Source: Pseudobdellovibrionaceae bacterium
GTDB lineage: Bacteria; Bdellovibrionota; Bdellovibrionia; Bdellovibrionales; UBA1609
Reading direction: 5' to 3'
NCBI GenBank assembly: GCA_030591685.1
Contig: JAUVAX010000025.1
Location: 1 to 37,099 of the forward strand
DNA: 37,099 nucleotides
Shown here: in pieces, positions 1-9,345 of the stretch
Numbering within the stretch: position 1 is the stretch's first letter
How the letters are laid out: each line of letters starts with the position of its first letter
Notes under the pieces: generated by a model
Told to the model about the DNA's origin: nothing
What the model saw: only the letters and a program-made list of their open reading frames with translations
Database searches by the model: none
Program-made: the position numbers and the translations under genes

Positions 1-121
1 AGTATATAAAGGATTTAAAGTGGTGCATCTACAATTCTACAAGATTTATTCTAACAGACGCCATGGAAACAGAAGGAACGAGTAATATCAAATACCTACA
101 TAAAAAATTTTGTAGTGAAAT

Positions 122-198
<77 letters not shown>

Positions 199-388
199 AC
201 TTAGTAGAAATTGAAGGGCTATTTTTAAGTTTTTTTAAGGCATTAGGCAATAGGTTAATTTAATGAGGGGGGTGTTTGATGCGTTGCGGTTTTTGTGCTG
301 AGCATGTGGCACTGTAAGTCATTTTTGTTAGTTAATAATTCTTTAGAAGTTTGTTAGGTTACGGCACGAATAGATTATGGGAGAGAGT

Positions 389-1648
389 ATGAAAAGTGTC
401 CTAAGTGCTTTATTGGCGTTATTAGCCCCGTTAGCATCTGTAGCCGTGGAGTCAGTACTTGAGCCGACGGCTCAAATGAGAGTGCGGTACCACTATCAAG
501 AGCAGGGTGATGTTTTAACTTCTGATTTTGAACACCAGGGGCGGTTGGGTTTAAAGTTTAGATCTGGGGAGCGGTTTACGTCGCTTTTTGAGTTTATACA
601 TAAATCGAAATGGGGTGAGGGTACAGAAGAGCTACCCTTAGCTGCAGGCACTCAGGTGGGCATACGCAATGATGATAACTCAATTTTAGTACACCAAGCC
701 TACGGGGAGTGGTTGTGGGACGACGATGTGCAGTTTAAATTCGGTCGTCAGGCCATTGAGCTGTCGAAGGGGTTTGTTTTTAGTGAAAACAGTTTTTCAA
801 ACACCCCTTACTCTTTTGACAGTTTGCTGTTTCAATACGACTCTAATTTTGCAGGGGTTAATTTTTGGATGATTCAAAAAAATGATGCCGACCCGGCTAA
901 CGGGATCGGTGACGACCCGGAGAGAACCATCTTATTACTGTCAGTTGAGATTAAGTCCCTACCGGCTTTAATAAAAAAAGCTCACATACATATTGGTCAA
1001 GATAACTCGCAAGAGCTATCAACCCCCCTAAGCCCGTCAAAAGATATTTCTAGATATGGACTGCTATTAGACGGCAGTTACGGCCCCGTTATTTATAACC
1101 TCACCTATGCCGCCGAATCGGGAGAAGAGGTTTTAGCCGCCCAAAACACAACTGTCGCCGCCACGATGGGGGATGTAACATTGGGTTACCAAACAAAAGG
1201 CCTCTGGAAGTTTGCCCTTAAGTTAAACTACCATACCGACACTGGGGACAGTGACAATAACCCGCAAAACATTAAACGTGATCGCTATGACCCTTACTTT
1301 TATGATCAGCATAAGTTTGCAGGTCTTATGGATGCTTTTAAATGGGGCAACTTAACCTATTTTGGCATTAATTTAGACGCCGAACCGCGCGAACAAATGC
1401 ACGTGGGTATTAATTTTTTACAATTCTCTAAAACCATGGCGGCCGATACAACGGTTCATTTTTTTGGGTCAGAGGTCCTAGGTATCACTGAAACAGATTT
1501 AGGCAATGAGATAGAGGTGTATATTGAGCAGCAAATCTCTGAGGGGTTTCATTTTTCAGCGCACATCGGGGTATTACAGTCCCAAAATACAGCACTGTTG
1601 GCGGATGATATCATACAAGGGTTTATGCAGACCCGTTGGAACTTTTAG
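389..1648 (+). CDS. Outer-membrane beta-barrel protein, alginate-export (AlgE-like) family
   Basis: It has a signal peptide (MKSVLSALLALLAPLASVA), amphipathic beta strands, KFGRQ and HKFAGLMDAFKWGNL motifs typical of the family, and a C-terminal Phe. ATG 389 follows GGGAG; 377 is an alternative start. Confidence 0.7.
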   Translation: MKSVLSALLALLAPLASVAVESVLEPTAQMRVRYHYQEQGDVLTSDFEHQGRLGLKFRSGERFTSLFEFIHKSKWGEGTEELPLAAGTQVGIRNDDNSILVHQAYGEWLWDDDVQFKFGRQAIELSKGFVFSENSFSNTPYSFDSLLFQYDSNFAGVNFWMIQKNDADPANGIGDDPERTILLLSVEIKSLPALIKKAHIHIGQDNSQELSTPLSPSKDISRYGLLLDGSYGPVIYNLTYAAESGEEVLAAQNTTVAATMGDVTLGYQTKGLWKFALKLNYHTDTGDSDNNPQNIKRDRYDPYFYDQHKFAGLMDAFKWGNLTYFGINLDAEPREQMHVGINFLQFSKTMAADTTVHFFGSEVLGITETDLGNEIEVYIEQQISEGFHFSAHIGVLQSQNTALLADDIIQGFMQTRWNF

Positions 1649-1694
1649 TATCTAAGTCAGCCGACTTGAACTATAATTTTAAAAAACGTTAAGG

Positions 1695-2213
1695 GTGATT
1701 TTAGTGTTAAAGAGCTTTATTATTTTAATGTGTGTTATTTTTATAGCCCCAGAGGCTTCTCAGGCCCGAAGGCGAAAAATAATAGTTAAAGGGGCCTTAA
1801 AGGTCGAGCTTAATAATTTGCTTAGGTCTAGTAGCGAGCTTCATACGGGCCTGTACAAACAAGACGAGCCCTTGATAGCTACTCAACTACAAAAAGTATT
1901 AAGTAATTTAAAAAAAACATCTTTAAGAACATTTATGGCCGAGGGTCAAAGACCTCATATAGATAAAATGCTAGAGGCGTCGCAAATAAATATTGAAACG
2001 GCACAAATGCAAAGTGGCGATAAAAGGCGAGAGAGCCTCAAACAAGCTTTTAGGCAACTGGTGCAAATTGCTAAAATTTATAAGTTAGATAGATATAGGG
2101 TGTTCTTTTGTCCGAAAGACAAAAGCGTATGGATCCAAAAATCACGTAAGCCGCAAAATCCGATTCACCCCGTTAAATATGGTAAATGTGGGCGCTTAGT
2201 TGAGAGAACATGA
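1695..2213 (+). CDS. Exported DUF3347-like protein
   Basis: Signal peptide, then a helical body. The C-terminal FFCP..WIQ..NP..CG pattern resembles the CPM..WL..NPY..CG tail of DUF3347 proteins. The start is uncertain (GTG 1695 or ATG 1728). Confidence 0.55.
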   Translation: MILVLKSFIILMCVIFIAPEASQARRRKIIVKGALKVELNNLLRSSSELHTGLYKQDEPLIATQLQKVLSNLKKTSLRTFMAEGQRPHIDKMLEASQINIETAQMQSGDKRRESLKQAFRQLVQIAKIYKLDRYRVFFCPKDKSVWIQKSRKPQNPIHPVKYGKCGRLVERT

Positions 2214-2824
2214 ACTCGTTTTTTCGCACCCTTTCAAAAACAACACTCGCTATGATCATTATCGCGGGGGGTATATTTTTACTTATACTTATTGACCCAC
2301 CCCATACCCTCTGTGACACCCAGGTGAGTGAGTTCAAAAAAAAGCAAAAAACTTTTTTAATCTCGGGGGATAAAAAGATTTTAAATAAAAAAACACCTCC
2401 AAGTATTGATAAGCTGATTAAATCTTGTGTTGAGAACAATAGCCCCGGCGGGTGTTTAGAGTACTTTTACAAGCTTAAAACCATGTTAAGAGACTTTAAT
2501 AACGTGTCGTCTGAGTGTTCAGCCAAGGTGGGGTCAATAAAGCCGTTTAAAACGGCCCTTTGGGACGCTCTTGAGCTTCTTGTTCGCTCCGGCTGGGGCA
2601 AGGTGCCGCCCGCTGTGGCCAGTGAAAAACGCGGATGGCTCTCGTATTCGGATGTACGCCTTTACTGTAAGCTCAAAAACACGGTTCAAAAAAACTACGG
2701 TAAAGATCGCTGGACTAAGTTTAGAGAGCGCCTGTTAAAAAGTTTGCCTAAAGCCGATGCCATGGAGAGAGAGAGGGTGTGGAGTTTAGTGATCCTCTCT
2801 GTAAACTGTTCAAAGTACCTCTAA
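2210..2824 (+). CDS. Hypothetical membrane-anchored Cys-rich protein
   Basis: 204-aa ORF with an ATGA overlap with the upstream gene, an N-terminal TM helix and six Cys. Confidence 0.75.
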   Translation: MNSFFRTLSKTTLAMIIIAGGIFLLILIDPPHTLCDTQVSEFKKKQKTFLISGDKKILNKKTPPSIDKLIKSCVENNSPGGCLEYFYKLKTMLRDFNNVSSECSAKVGSIKPFKTALWDALELLVRSGWGKVPPAVASEKRGWLSYSDVRLYCKLKNTVQKNYGKDRWTKFRERLLKSLPKADAMERERVWSLVILSVNCSKYL

Positions 2825-2879
2825 AGAGATCAAGTATTCTAATAAATTGATATTTTAAGTAAAGAGCGAGCAAAAAAAC

Positions 2880-2912
2880 AAAATAAGCGGCCGAATATGC
2901 CGCTTATTTTTT
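2880..2912. terminator. Bidirectional intrinsic terminator
   Basis: AAAATAAGCGGC-cgaatat-GCCGCTTATTTT is a 12-bp stem with A and T tracts, lying between convergent genes. Confidence 0.85.
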
Positions 2913-2943
2913 AAAGCTCTTAAATTTTGAATGAATAAAAGCC

Positions 2944-3216
2944 TTAAAGTTCAAAAGGCTTTGGAGAAATAGGCACCGGGAACGAAAACCCATCATAGGC
3001 CTCAGAGCCTGTTGGCAATAAAGCTAAGTTTCGTGCAATTTTTACCTGAGCGGCCACTTTTCGCTGCTGCGCGTTGCTAACTTTGCTGATTCTTTGTGGG
3101 ACTATTTTGCCACCCTCCATTATAAACCTAAACAAGGTTGATGGGTCCTTATAGTCAAACTGAAATTCGTTAGGGTATTCAGGGCGAAACTTTGTTTTTC
3201 TGTTTTTTTTAAGCAT
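2944..3216 (-). CDS. rpsR: 30S ribosomal protein S18
   Basis: Motifs FDYKD, GKIVPQRIS, QQRKVA and KIARNLALLP. Confidence 0.93.
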   Translation of the reverse strand: MLKKNRKTKFRPEYPNEFQFDYKDPSTLFRFIMEGGKIVPQRISKVSNAQQRKVAAQVKIARNLALLPTGSEAYDGFSFPVPISPKPFEL

Positions 3217-3430
3217 ATATACACCTTTAAGCGTTTGTTTTTACCATGGTTTTTTAAGTAGATTTCAGACTTTGTTAAACTAAAAGGCCCAAGAGCTCAT
3301 TAGTTTAAGTTAAAAAAGTGGTCCAAAACCGGTAAGTTCACTTATATACGATAAAAATGGGTTGCCAACAAGGGTATTTTTCTCGTATAGATACTTTTTC
3401 GTAATGTGCTTCAAGTATAAGGAGAAAGCA

Positions 3431-3718
3431 ATGCCTCGTTGTGAGCTGTCAGGCAAAGGCCCTGTTGTTAAAAATTTAGTGAGTCACTCGAATATTAAAA
3501 CCAAATCAGTGGCTCAACCGAACATCCAACAAAAACAAATGTTTTCTCAGTCGCTGGGCGAAAACGTGAGTTTAAAACTAGCTACCAGTACAATTAGAAA
3601 CATCGAGCATAAGGGTGGGTTTGACCCTTACATTTTAAAGCAAGATGACAAAAACTTATCAAAACGTGCTTTGCTTGTTAAAAAGCGTATTAAAAGAAAG
3701 CTTAATTTAAAAGGATAA
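3431..3718 (+). CDS. rpmB: 50S ribosomal protein L28
   Basis: MPRCELSGK..NLVSHSNIKTK..PNIQ..GGFD. ATG 3431 follows AAGGAG; the ORF-track start at 3362 is too far upstream. Confidence 0.93.
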   Translation: MPRCELSGKGPVVKNLVSHSNIKTKSVAQPNIQQKQMFSQSLGENVSLKLATSTIRNIEHKGGFDPYILKQDDKNLSKRALLVKKRIKRKLNLKG

Positions 3719-3724
3719 ATAGTA

Positions 3725-3982
3725 ATGGCCAAATTAAATGTTAAAAATGGAGATACTGTTCAAGTTGTTGCCGGAGCTGATAAGGGTAAAAAGGGCGTTG
3801 TTCTTTCTATCGACAGCAACAAGCTAAGAATAAGAGTACAGGGTGTGCGTATGAAGACCCATTTTACTCAAGAGGGCCTTGTTGAAAAAGAAGGTTTTAT
3901 TGATTACTCTAATATAAAATTTGTATCAGCAGGGGTAAAGGCGAAGCCTCAGGCTAAGGCTAAGGCTAAATCAGCTAAATAA
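3725..3982 (+). CDS. rplX: 50S ribosomal protein L24 (short, divergent)
   Basis: KOW motif VKNGDTVQVVAGADKGKKGVV, plus VQGV and EKEGFIDYSNI (compare EAPIHxSNV). Confidence 0.85.
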   Translation: MAKLNVKNGDTVQVVAGADKGKKGVVLSIDSNKLRIRVQGVRMKTHFTQEGLVEKEGFIDYSNIKFVSAGVKAKPQAKAKAKSAK

Positions 3983-4025
3983 AGGTCTCATCTTTTTTTT
4001 GGGGCTTTTTGCTTAAATAAAAAAT

Positions 4026-4050
4026 ACACCCCTTAGAGGGTGTTTTTTTT
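4026..4050 (+). terminator. Intrinsic terminator after rplX
   Basis: ACACCC-cttaga-GGGTGT followed by a T tract. Confidence 0.7.
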
Positions 4051-4102
4051 ACGGACTTAGGTCATATTTGTATCTCCTTAATCCCTTTGTTATTATGTGT
4101 CT

Positions 4103-4417
4103 ATGAAGCAATCACTAGTATTTATATTTTTTCTCTCCAGTACTGCGTGGGCTGTTGATGACTCTGTATTGAGTCAGTTGCCTAAGATGTCGATTTGTAA
4201 AATCAAAAAAATAGTAAGAACTTTGCGTGTGGTCGCTAACGAAGCTAAAGAGTGTGAAACTTACTACACTAAACTGGGCAAAGAGAGGTCTGTAGGGACC
4301 GCAGCTACAAATAAGGGCTGTTTAAGATTTTATGAAAACATTAAAAGTAACCTTGGCGAAGCGGGCTGGAAGTGTCGGGAGCTCGCCTCAGTGAGCTACT
4401 CTAAGGCAAAGGACTAA
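4103..4417 (+). CDS. Small secreted four-Cys hypothetical protein
   Basis: Signal peptide ending AWA, four Cys, C-terminal GWKC. The stop overlaps the next start (TAATG). GTG 4097 is an alternative start. Confidence 0.7.
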   Translation: MKQSLVFIFFLSSTAWAVDDSVLSQLPKMSICKIKKIVRTLRVVANEAKECETYYTKLGKERSVGTAATNKGCLRFYENIKSNLGEAGWKCRELASVSYSKAKD

Positions 4418-5247
4418 TGCCAACCTCAGGTGATTTAAAAGTAGCCATTATTCAAATGTGTTCGGTGGATGACTTAAGTATAAATATAAAAAACATTACA
4501 AAGCTTCTTTCTCAAACCCCAGAGGGGGCTGACTTAGTTTTGCTCCCTGAAAACTGCACCTATATTCGCATAAACCCTCATGAGCCCCCTGAAAAGGGCT
4601 TTATACCAATAACTCATAAAGTATTTAATGAGCTACAGGCCATTGTAGATAAAAAAGGGTTTTGTTTGCATATGGGCGGGGTACCTATTTTGTTAGAGGG
4701 GGCCTCGTATAATGCAAGCCTTTGGCTGCAGCCTAAAAAGGCCCTAGAGGTGGTGTATAAAAAAATACATTTATTTGACGTTAACGTTCAAGGTCAAAAA
4801 ATAACTGAGTCAAAAATTTATACCCCCGGCAAGGCCCCTGCTGTTATTAAGTTAAAGGGTTGGAGCTTGGGTTTAAGCATTTGTTATGATTTAAGGTTCT
4901 CAGAGTTATATTTACACTATGCAAAAGCGCATGTAGACGCTGTACTTGTCCCGGCAGCTTTTTTAGTGGCTACAGGTCGAGCTCACTGGCACACGCTATT
5001 AAGGGCCCGGGCTATTGAGGGTCAGTTTTATGTGTTAGCAGCAGCTCAGTGTGGTGAGCACGTGTCTCAGCAGGCAGGGGGGCTGAAAAGATCTTCTTAC
5101 GGTCACTCTTTAGCCGTTGACCCTTGGGGCGAAATTCTTGTAGATTTAGCCAATAACGCCTTTGGTGTTCAGTGTGTGGAGCTTTCAAAAAACAACATCA
5201 GTACAGTAAGAGGGCAAATCCCCATGTCTAACCACCGGCGATTATAG
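4417..5247 (+). CDS. Carbon-nitrogen hydrolase (Nit1/deaminated glutathione amidase-like)
   Basis: Catalytic triad motifs LPEN, YKKIHLFD and ICYDLRF, plus TGRAHW..LRARAIE and YGHS..VDPWG. Confidence 0.92.
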   Translation: MPTSGDLKVAIIQMCSVDDLSINIKNITKLLSQTPEGADLVLLPENCTYIRINPHEPPEKGFIPITHKVFNELQAIVDKKGFCLHMGGVPILLEGASYNASLWLQPKKALEVVYKKIHLFDVNVQGQKITESKIYTPGKAPAVIKLKGWSLGLSICYDLRFSELYLHYAKAHVDAVLVPAAFLVATGRAHWHTLLRARAIEGQFYVLAAAQCGEHVSQQAGGLKRSSYGHSLAVDPWGEILVDLANNAFGVQCVELSKNNISTVRGQIPMSNHRRL

Positions 5248-5266
5248 TAAAAAGAAAGAGGTTTAT

Positions 5267-5575
5267 ATGCAGACATTTTTAATAATTATAGTTTTTATGT
5301 TTACAGCGAGCAGCTGGGCTCAAAGTGAGTTGAGTGTCGGCAATACCGAGAGTGCCCCTGTTGTTATTGATGATGAGTACGACCCTAATATTGCAAAAAA
5401 TAAAACCTACCTTGGTGGTGTTGACGAGGAGGACTTAAGAGTTCAAAAAGACCTTAAAATCCCCTATCGAACAATTAGTTTACGTTACGTCCAAAAAGAG
5501 GTTTATAAAGAGGTTTTAAAAGAGGCCAGTGACGTCGATAAAGAGCAAAAAGCCTCAGCAGAGATAGAGCCTTAA
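5267..5575 (+). CDS. Small secreted hypothetical protein
   Basis: GAGG SD, signal peptide ending SWA, acidic body containing YLGGVDEEDL. Confidence 0.75.
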   Translation: MQTFLIIIVFMFTASSWAQSELSVGNTESAPVVIDDEYDPNIAKNKTYLGGVDEEDLRVQKDLKIPYRTISLRYVQKEVYKEVLKEASDVDKEQKASAEIEP

Positions 5576-6702
5576 TGGCAAAGTTCATCGCCCTCACTTC
5601 AACAGGCCTACTGCCCGCACTTGAAGAAGAGATAAAAATATTAGAGCTCCCCCGAACCCGTACCCAAGGTAATGGTGTTTGGTTTGAAGGCAGCTGGAAG
5701 CATTGCTACCAGGCTAATTTACACCTACGATCGGCAACGCGCGTACTATTACCCATTTTAGATTTTCACGCCTATAAGCCCGAAGAGCTGTACAACAACA
5801 TATTAAAACACGACTTTACAAAGTACATAACTACAGAGCAAACCATTGCCGTAGAGGCTCATGGGCAAAACCATCAGTTTAATGATCAAAGGTTTATTGC
5901 TTTAAAAGTTAAAGACGCCATCGTCGATCAGTTTAGGGATAAGTTTGGCAAAAGGCCCGATGTCGATGGGAAAAACCCGGACTTACTTGTTGTTGTTCGG
6001 TTATTTAAGGGTTGTTTTTCAGTGAGCATCGATACCTCTGGCTTTAGTTTAACAAAACGTGGGTATAGAGAGCAAACTGTCGAGGCACCAATAAGAGAGC
6101 ACATCGCTGCATCACTTTTAACTTATGCGCAGTGGAGCCCCGAAGAGCCCCTTTTAGACCCCATGTGTGGGTCCGGCACTTTTTTAATTGAGGCCGCCTT
6201 AAAGGCTAAACATATTCCGCCGACTCAGTATAAACAGACGTTTGCTTTTGAAAAATTTAAAACTTTTCAGCCAGATATTTGGGCCGAGGTTCTTAAAGAG
6301 GCTCATGACAAGGAGCAGTCCCCTCCGTTAGAGCTTTATGGTTTTGATAACAATCAGTCCGCAATTCGTGCCGCCACCGAAAACGCAAAAGCCGCAAAAG
6401 TTCGTGAGCTTATAAATTTTAAGCCTCAAAACTTAACAGACCTTTCGGGCAAAAACTTTAATAAGCCAGGCCTTATTATTGTTAACCCCCCTTATGGGGA
6501 GCGACTCGGGGAGCTCGAAAAGCTAAAAGTTTTATACAGTGAGTTTGCGAGTATTTTAAAAAAAGACTTTAAGGGTTGGCGTTTAGGGTTTTTGTCAGGC
6601 CATGCCGAGTTGAGTGCTGCCTTAGGGTTAAAGGCTCACCGAAAGTGGCCTTTAATGAATAGTAAGCTTGAGTGCAAGTTTTTGCTCTACGAAATTCGTT
6701 AA
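5575..6702 (+). CDS. rlmL: THUMP-domain rRNA m2G methyltransferase (RlmL/YpsC-like)
   Basis: THUMP region (KVKDAIVD) and motifs RGYR..EAPIRE, DPMCGSGT and NPPYGERL. It is a single module, not fused to RlmK. Confidence 0.85.
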   Translation: MAKFIALTSTGLLPALEEEIKILELPRTRTQGNGVWFEGSWKHCYQANLHLRSATRVLLPILDFHAYKPEELYNNILKHDFTKYITTEQTIAVEAHGQNHQFNDQRFIALKVKDAIVDQFRDKFGKRPDVDGKNPDLLVVVRLFKGCFSVSIDTSGFSLTKRGYREQTVEAPIREHIAASLLTYAQWSPEEPLLDPMCGSGTFLIEAALKAKHIPPTQYKQTFAFEKFKTFQPDIWAEVLKEAHDKEQSPPLELYGFDNNQSAIRAATENAKAAKVRELINFKPQNLTDLSGKNFNKPGLIIVNPPYGERLGELEKLKVLYSEFASILKKDFKGWRLGFLSGHAELSAALGLKAHRKWPLMNSKLECKFLLYEIR

Positions 6703-6723
6703 TATTTTTTATGATTTTTATTT

Positions 6724-7086
6724 TTAAAAGGGTTTAAATATGGCGAAGCCTGCCGATAGAACCCCTAAAACTAAACACACCACTAATAAATAGTGAGCTC
6801 TTTGAGAGCACTTATAGATAAAGGCTGTAATGCCGCCTAAACAAACCCAAATTATAAGTTTTGGCCATATCCAGGCAGGGAACCCTTCAAGGTTTAATCG
6901 AGCTAAAAGCCCAAACCCAGAAACCAAAACCACAATTAAACCAACGCCATGAGTCAGAGAGGACCATTTTTTGCCGCTATACTTTTTGCCACTATTTAAG
7001 CACTGGCTCATGAGAGCGCCGCCTAAACCCAAAAAAATGGCTAAAATGCCAGCAATATGTAGTAGCTTGTAGAGTTCATATGACAT
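6724..7086 (-). CDS. Small four-TM membrane protein (SirB2-like)
   Basis: YKLLH, HGVGL..LVSG, W..PKL. ATG 7086 follows AAGGAG. Confidence 0.65.
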   Translation of the reverse strand: MSYELYKLLHIAGILAIFLGLGGALMSQCLNSGKKYSGKKWSSLTHGVGLIVVLVSGFGLLARLNLEGFPAWIWPKLIIWVCLGGITAFIYKCSQRAHYLLVVCLVLGVLSAGFAIFKPF

Positions 7087-7260
7087 TTTCTTTGGCTCCT
7101 TTAAAAAGTAAATCAATTGCAGACATAAAGTTAATAGTTCATCAGGTCAAGGTTTACAAAAAAGTAAAGAAAACCGTTGATGTAGAGCGCCAAGTGTAGT
7201 TATTTCTTAGCACTTAAATCAGTAAATAATTTACGGACCTAATCATAAGGAGATAAGTGC

Positions 7261-9264
7261 ATGGATCCCAATCTATACGCACCCCTAGCTGGGGTGATCG
7301 GGCTAGTAGTATGCTTGATTATATACATGAATGTAGTAAAGCAGCCAGCGGGCAACGAAAAAATGCAATCTATTGGTGACGAAATTCACTTAGGCGCAAT
7401 GACATACCTACGGGCGCAGTACAGTAAGTTAGTTGTATTTGTTATTGTCGTAGCGGCCCTACTATACTGGCAGATCAACTCAGAAACAGCTTTTGCTTTT
7501 GTTTTTGGAGCTTTAACTTCAGCTATTGCCGGTTTTGTGGGTATGAAGTCTGCGACAAAAGGTAATGTTCGTACTGCCGCTGCCGCTAAAGATAGTGGTG
7601 TTGGTGCGGCCCTTTTAGTGGCATTTAATAGTGGTGCTGTGATGGGTTTATCTGTCGCATCTTTAGGACTTATTGGTTTAGGTCTTTTATTTTATAAATT
7701 TGGTAATGTTGACGAGGTGAGCGTTATCACCGGGTTTTCAATGGGAGCTTCATCAATTGCTCTTTTTGCTCGTATAGGTGGTGGTATATTTACTAAAGCT
7801 GCCGATGTGGGTTCGGATCTAGTGGGTAAAATCGAAGCAGGCATCCCTGAAGATGACCCTCGTAACCCTGGTGTTATTGCTGATAACGTTGGTGATAACG
7901 TGGGTGATGTTGCCGGCATGGGAGCTGATATATTTGAGTCCTACGTGGGCGCGATGGTGGCTTCAATTACAATTGCAGCGACAATGACTATTGGGCGTGT
8001 TTCGGATTTAGGCGGTAGCTTAGACCGACTTCACCTTATGGCTCTCCCTATTTACTTATGCATAATTGGTTTAATCGCATCAGTTATTGGTATTATAGGT
8101 ATGAACATGTTTAAAAATTTAAACCCAGCTAAAGCATTAAATGGCTCTGAGTACTCAGCAGCGATTATGTTTATGGGCGGTGGTTATTTATTTTTAGATC
8201 ACATGGGTTATAATATTAATATTTTTTGGGCCATACTTTCAGGTTCAGTCGCAGGTCTATTAATTGGTAAAGCCACAGAGTACTACACATCTAGTGGCCC
8301 TGTATTTAAAGTGGTTGAAGCGTCTAAAACAGGCCCTGCCACTAATATCATTGCAGGCATGGCTGTTGGTTTAGAGTCTTGTGCTGCGCCAATATTTTTT
8401 ATCGTTATCGCTATTTTTACATCTTATGAGTTTGCCGGTTTATACGTTATAGCCATGGCTGCGGTGGGTATGCTGGCTACAGTGGGTGTGACAATGACTA
8501 TTGATGCTTTCGGTCCTGTGGCTGATAATGCCGGTGGTATTTCTGAAATGGCTCAGTTAGGCCCTGAAGTAAGAAAAATAACAGACGGCCTAGACGCTAT
8601 TGGTAATACCACAGCGGCTATTGGTAAAGGCTTTGCTATTGGTTCAGCGGCTTTAACAGCCTTAGCTTTATTTGTATCTTATAAGCAAATGATTGGTGAT
8701 ATCACTATGGACATCACTGACCCTAAAGTGGTTATGGGCTTATTTTTAGGCGCCATGGTGGTTATATTTGCTGCCTCGTTAACTATGACAGCTGTGGGTC
8801 GTGCTGCTGCTGATATGGTATCAGAGATCAGAAGACAGTTCAGAGAAATCCCAGGCCTACTACAAGGTACGGGTAAGCCTGATACCGCTCGCTGTGTAGA
8901 GATTTCTACAAATGCGGCTTTAAAAGAAATGGTATTCCCTGGCCTAGTGGCCGTGATTTCACCGGTGGTTGTTGGATTTGTTTTAGGTCCAGAGGCTCTT
9001 GGTGGGATGTTAGCCGGCTCTTTAGTTGTCGGTGTTGTGATTGCCTTATTAATGTCAAATGCTGGTGGAGCTTGGGATAATGCTAAAAAATTCATCGAGC
9101 AAGGCAGCGTTGAGGGTGAGAAAAAAGGGACCGACGCTCATAGTGCTGCTGTTATTGGCGACACTGTTGGAGACCCGTTTAAAGACACAACTGGCCCGGC
9201 CATGAACATTTTAATTAAAGTAATGGCAATTGTGGCACTTGTAATTGCCCCATTGATTGTATGA
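7261..9264 (+). CDS. hppA: Membrane-bound K+-dependent, probably Na+-translocating pyrophosphatase
   Basis: Motifs [39 protein letters not shown] and [11 protein letters not shown]. Confidence 0.96.
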   Translation: MDPNLYAPLAGVIGLVVCLIIYMNVVKQPAGNEKMQSIGDEIHLGAMTYLRAQYSKLVVFVIVVAALLYWQINSETAFAFVFGALTSAIAGFVGMKSATKGNVRTAAAAKDSGVGAALLVAFNSGAVMGLSVASLGLIGLGLLFYKFGNVDEVSVITGFSMGASSIALFARIGGGIFTKAADVGSDLVGKIEAGIPEDDPRNPGVIADNVGDNVGDVAGMGADIFESYVGAMVASITIAATMTIGRVSDLGGSLDRLHLMALPIYLCIIGLIASVIGIIGMNMFKNLNPAKALNGSEYSAAIMFMGGGYLFLDHMGYNINIFWAILSGSVAGLLIGKATEYYTSSGPVFKVVEASKTGPATNIIAGMAVGLESCAAPIFFIVIAIFTSYEFAGLYVIAMAAVGMLATVGVTMTIDAFGPVADNAGGISEMAQLGPEVRKITDGLDAIGNTTAAIGKGFAIGSAALTALALFVSYKQMIGDITMDITDPKVVMGLFLGAMVVIFAASLTMTAVGRAAADMVSEIRRQFREIPGLLQGTGKPDTARCVEISTNAALKEMVFPGLVAVISPVVVGFVLGPEALGGMLAGSLVVGVVIALLMSNAGGAWDNAKKFIEQGSVEGEKKGTDAHSAAVIGDTVGDPFKDTTGPAMNILIKVMAIVALVIAPLIV

Positions 9265-9290
9265 TTAAAGTTTTATTATAGTTTTTTAAG

Positions 9291-9323
9291 AGTCCTCAAA
9301 TATATTTTGAGGACTTTTTTTTT
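9291..9323 (+). terminator. Intrinsic terminator after hppA
   Basis: AGTCCTCAAA-tatat-TTTGAGGACT followed by a T run. Confidence 0.85.
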
Positions 9324-9345
9324 GTGAAAAGGCGAGCGATTCAAT

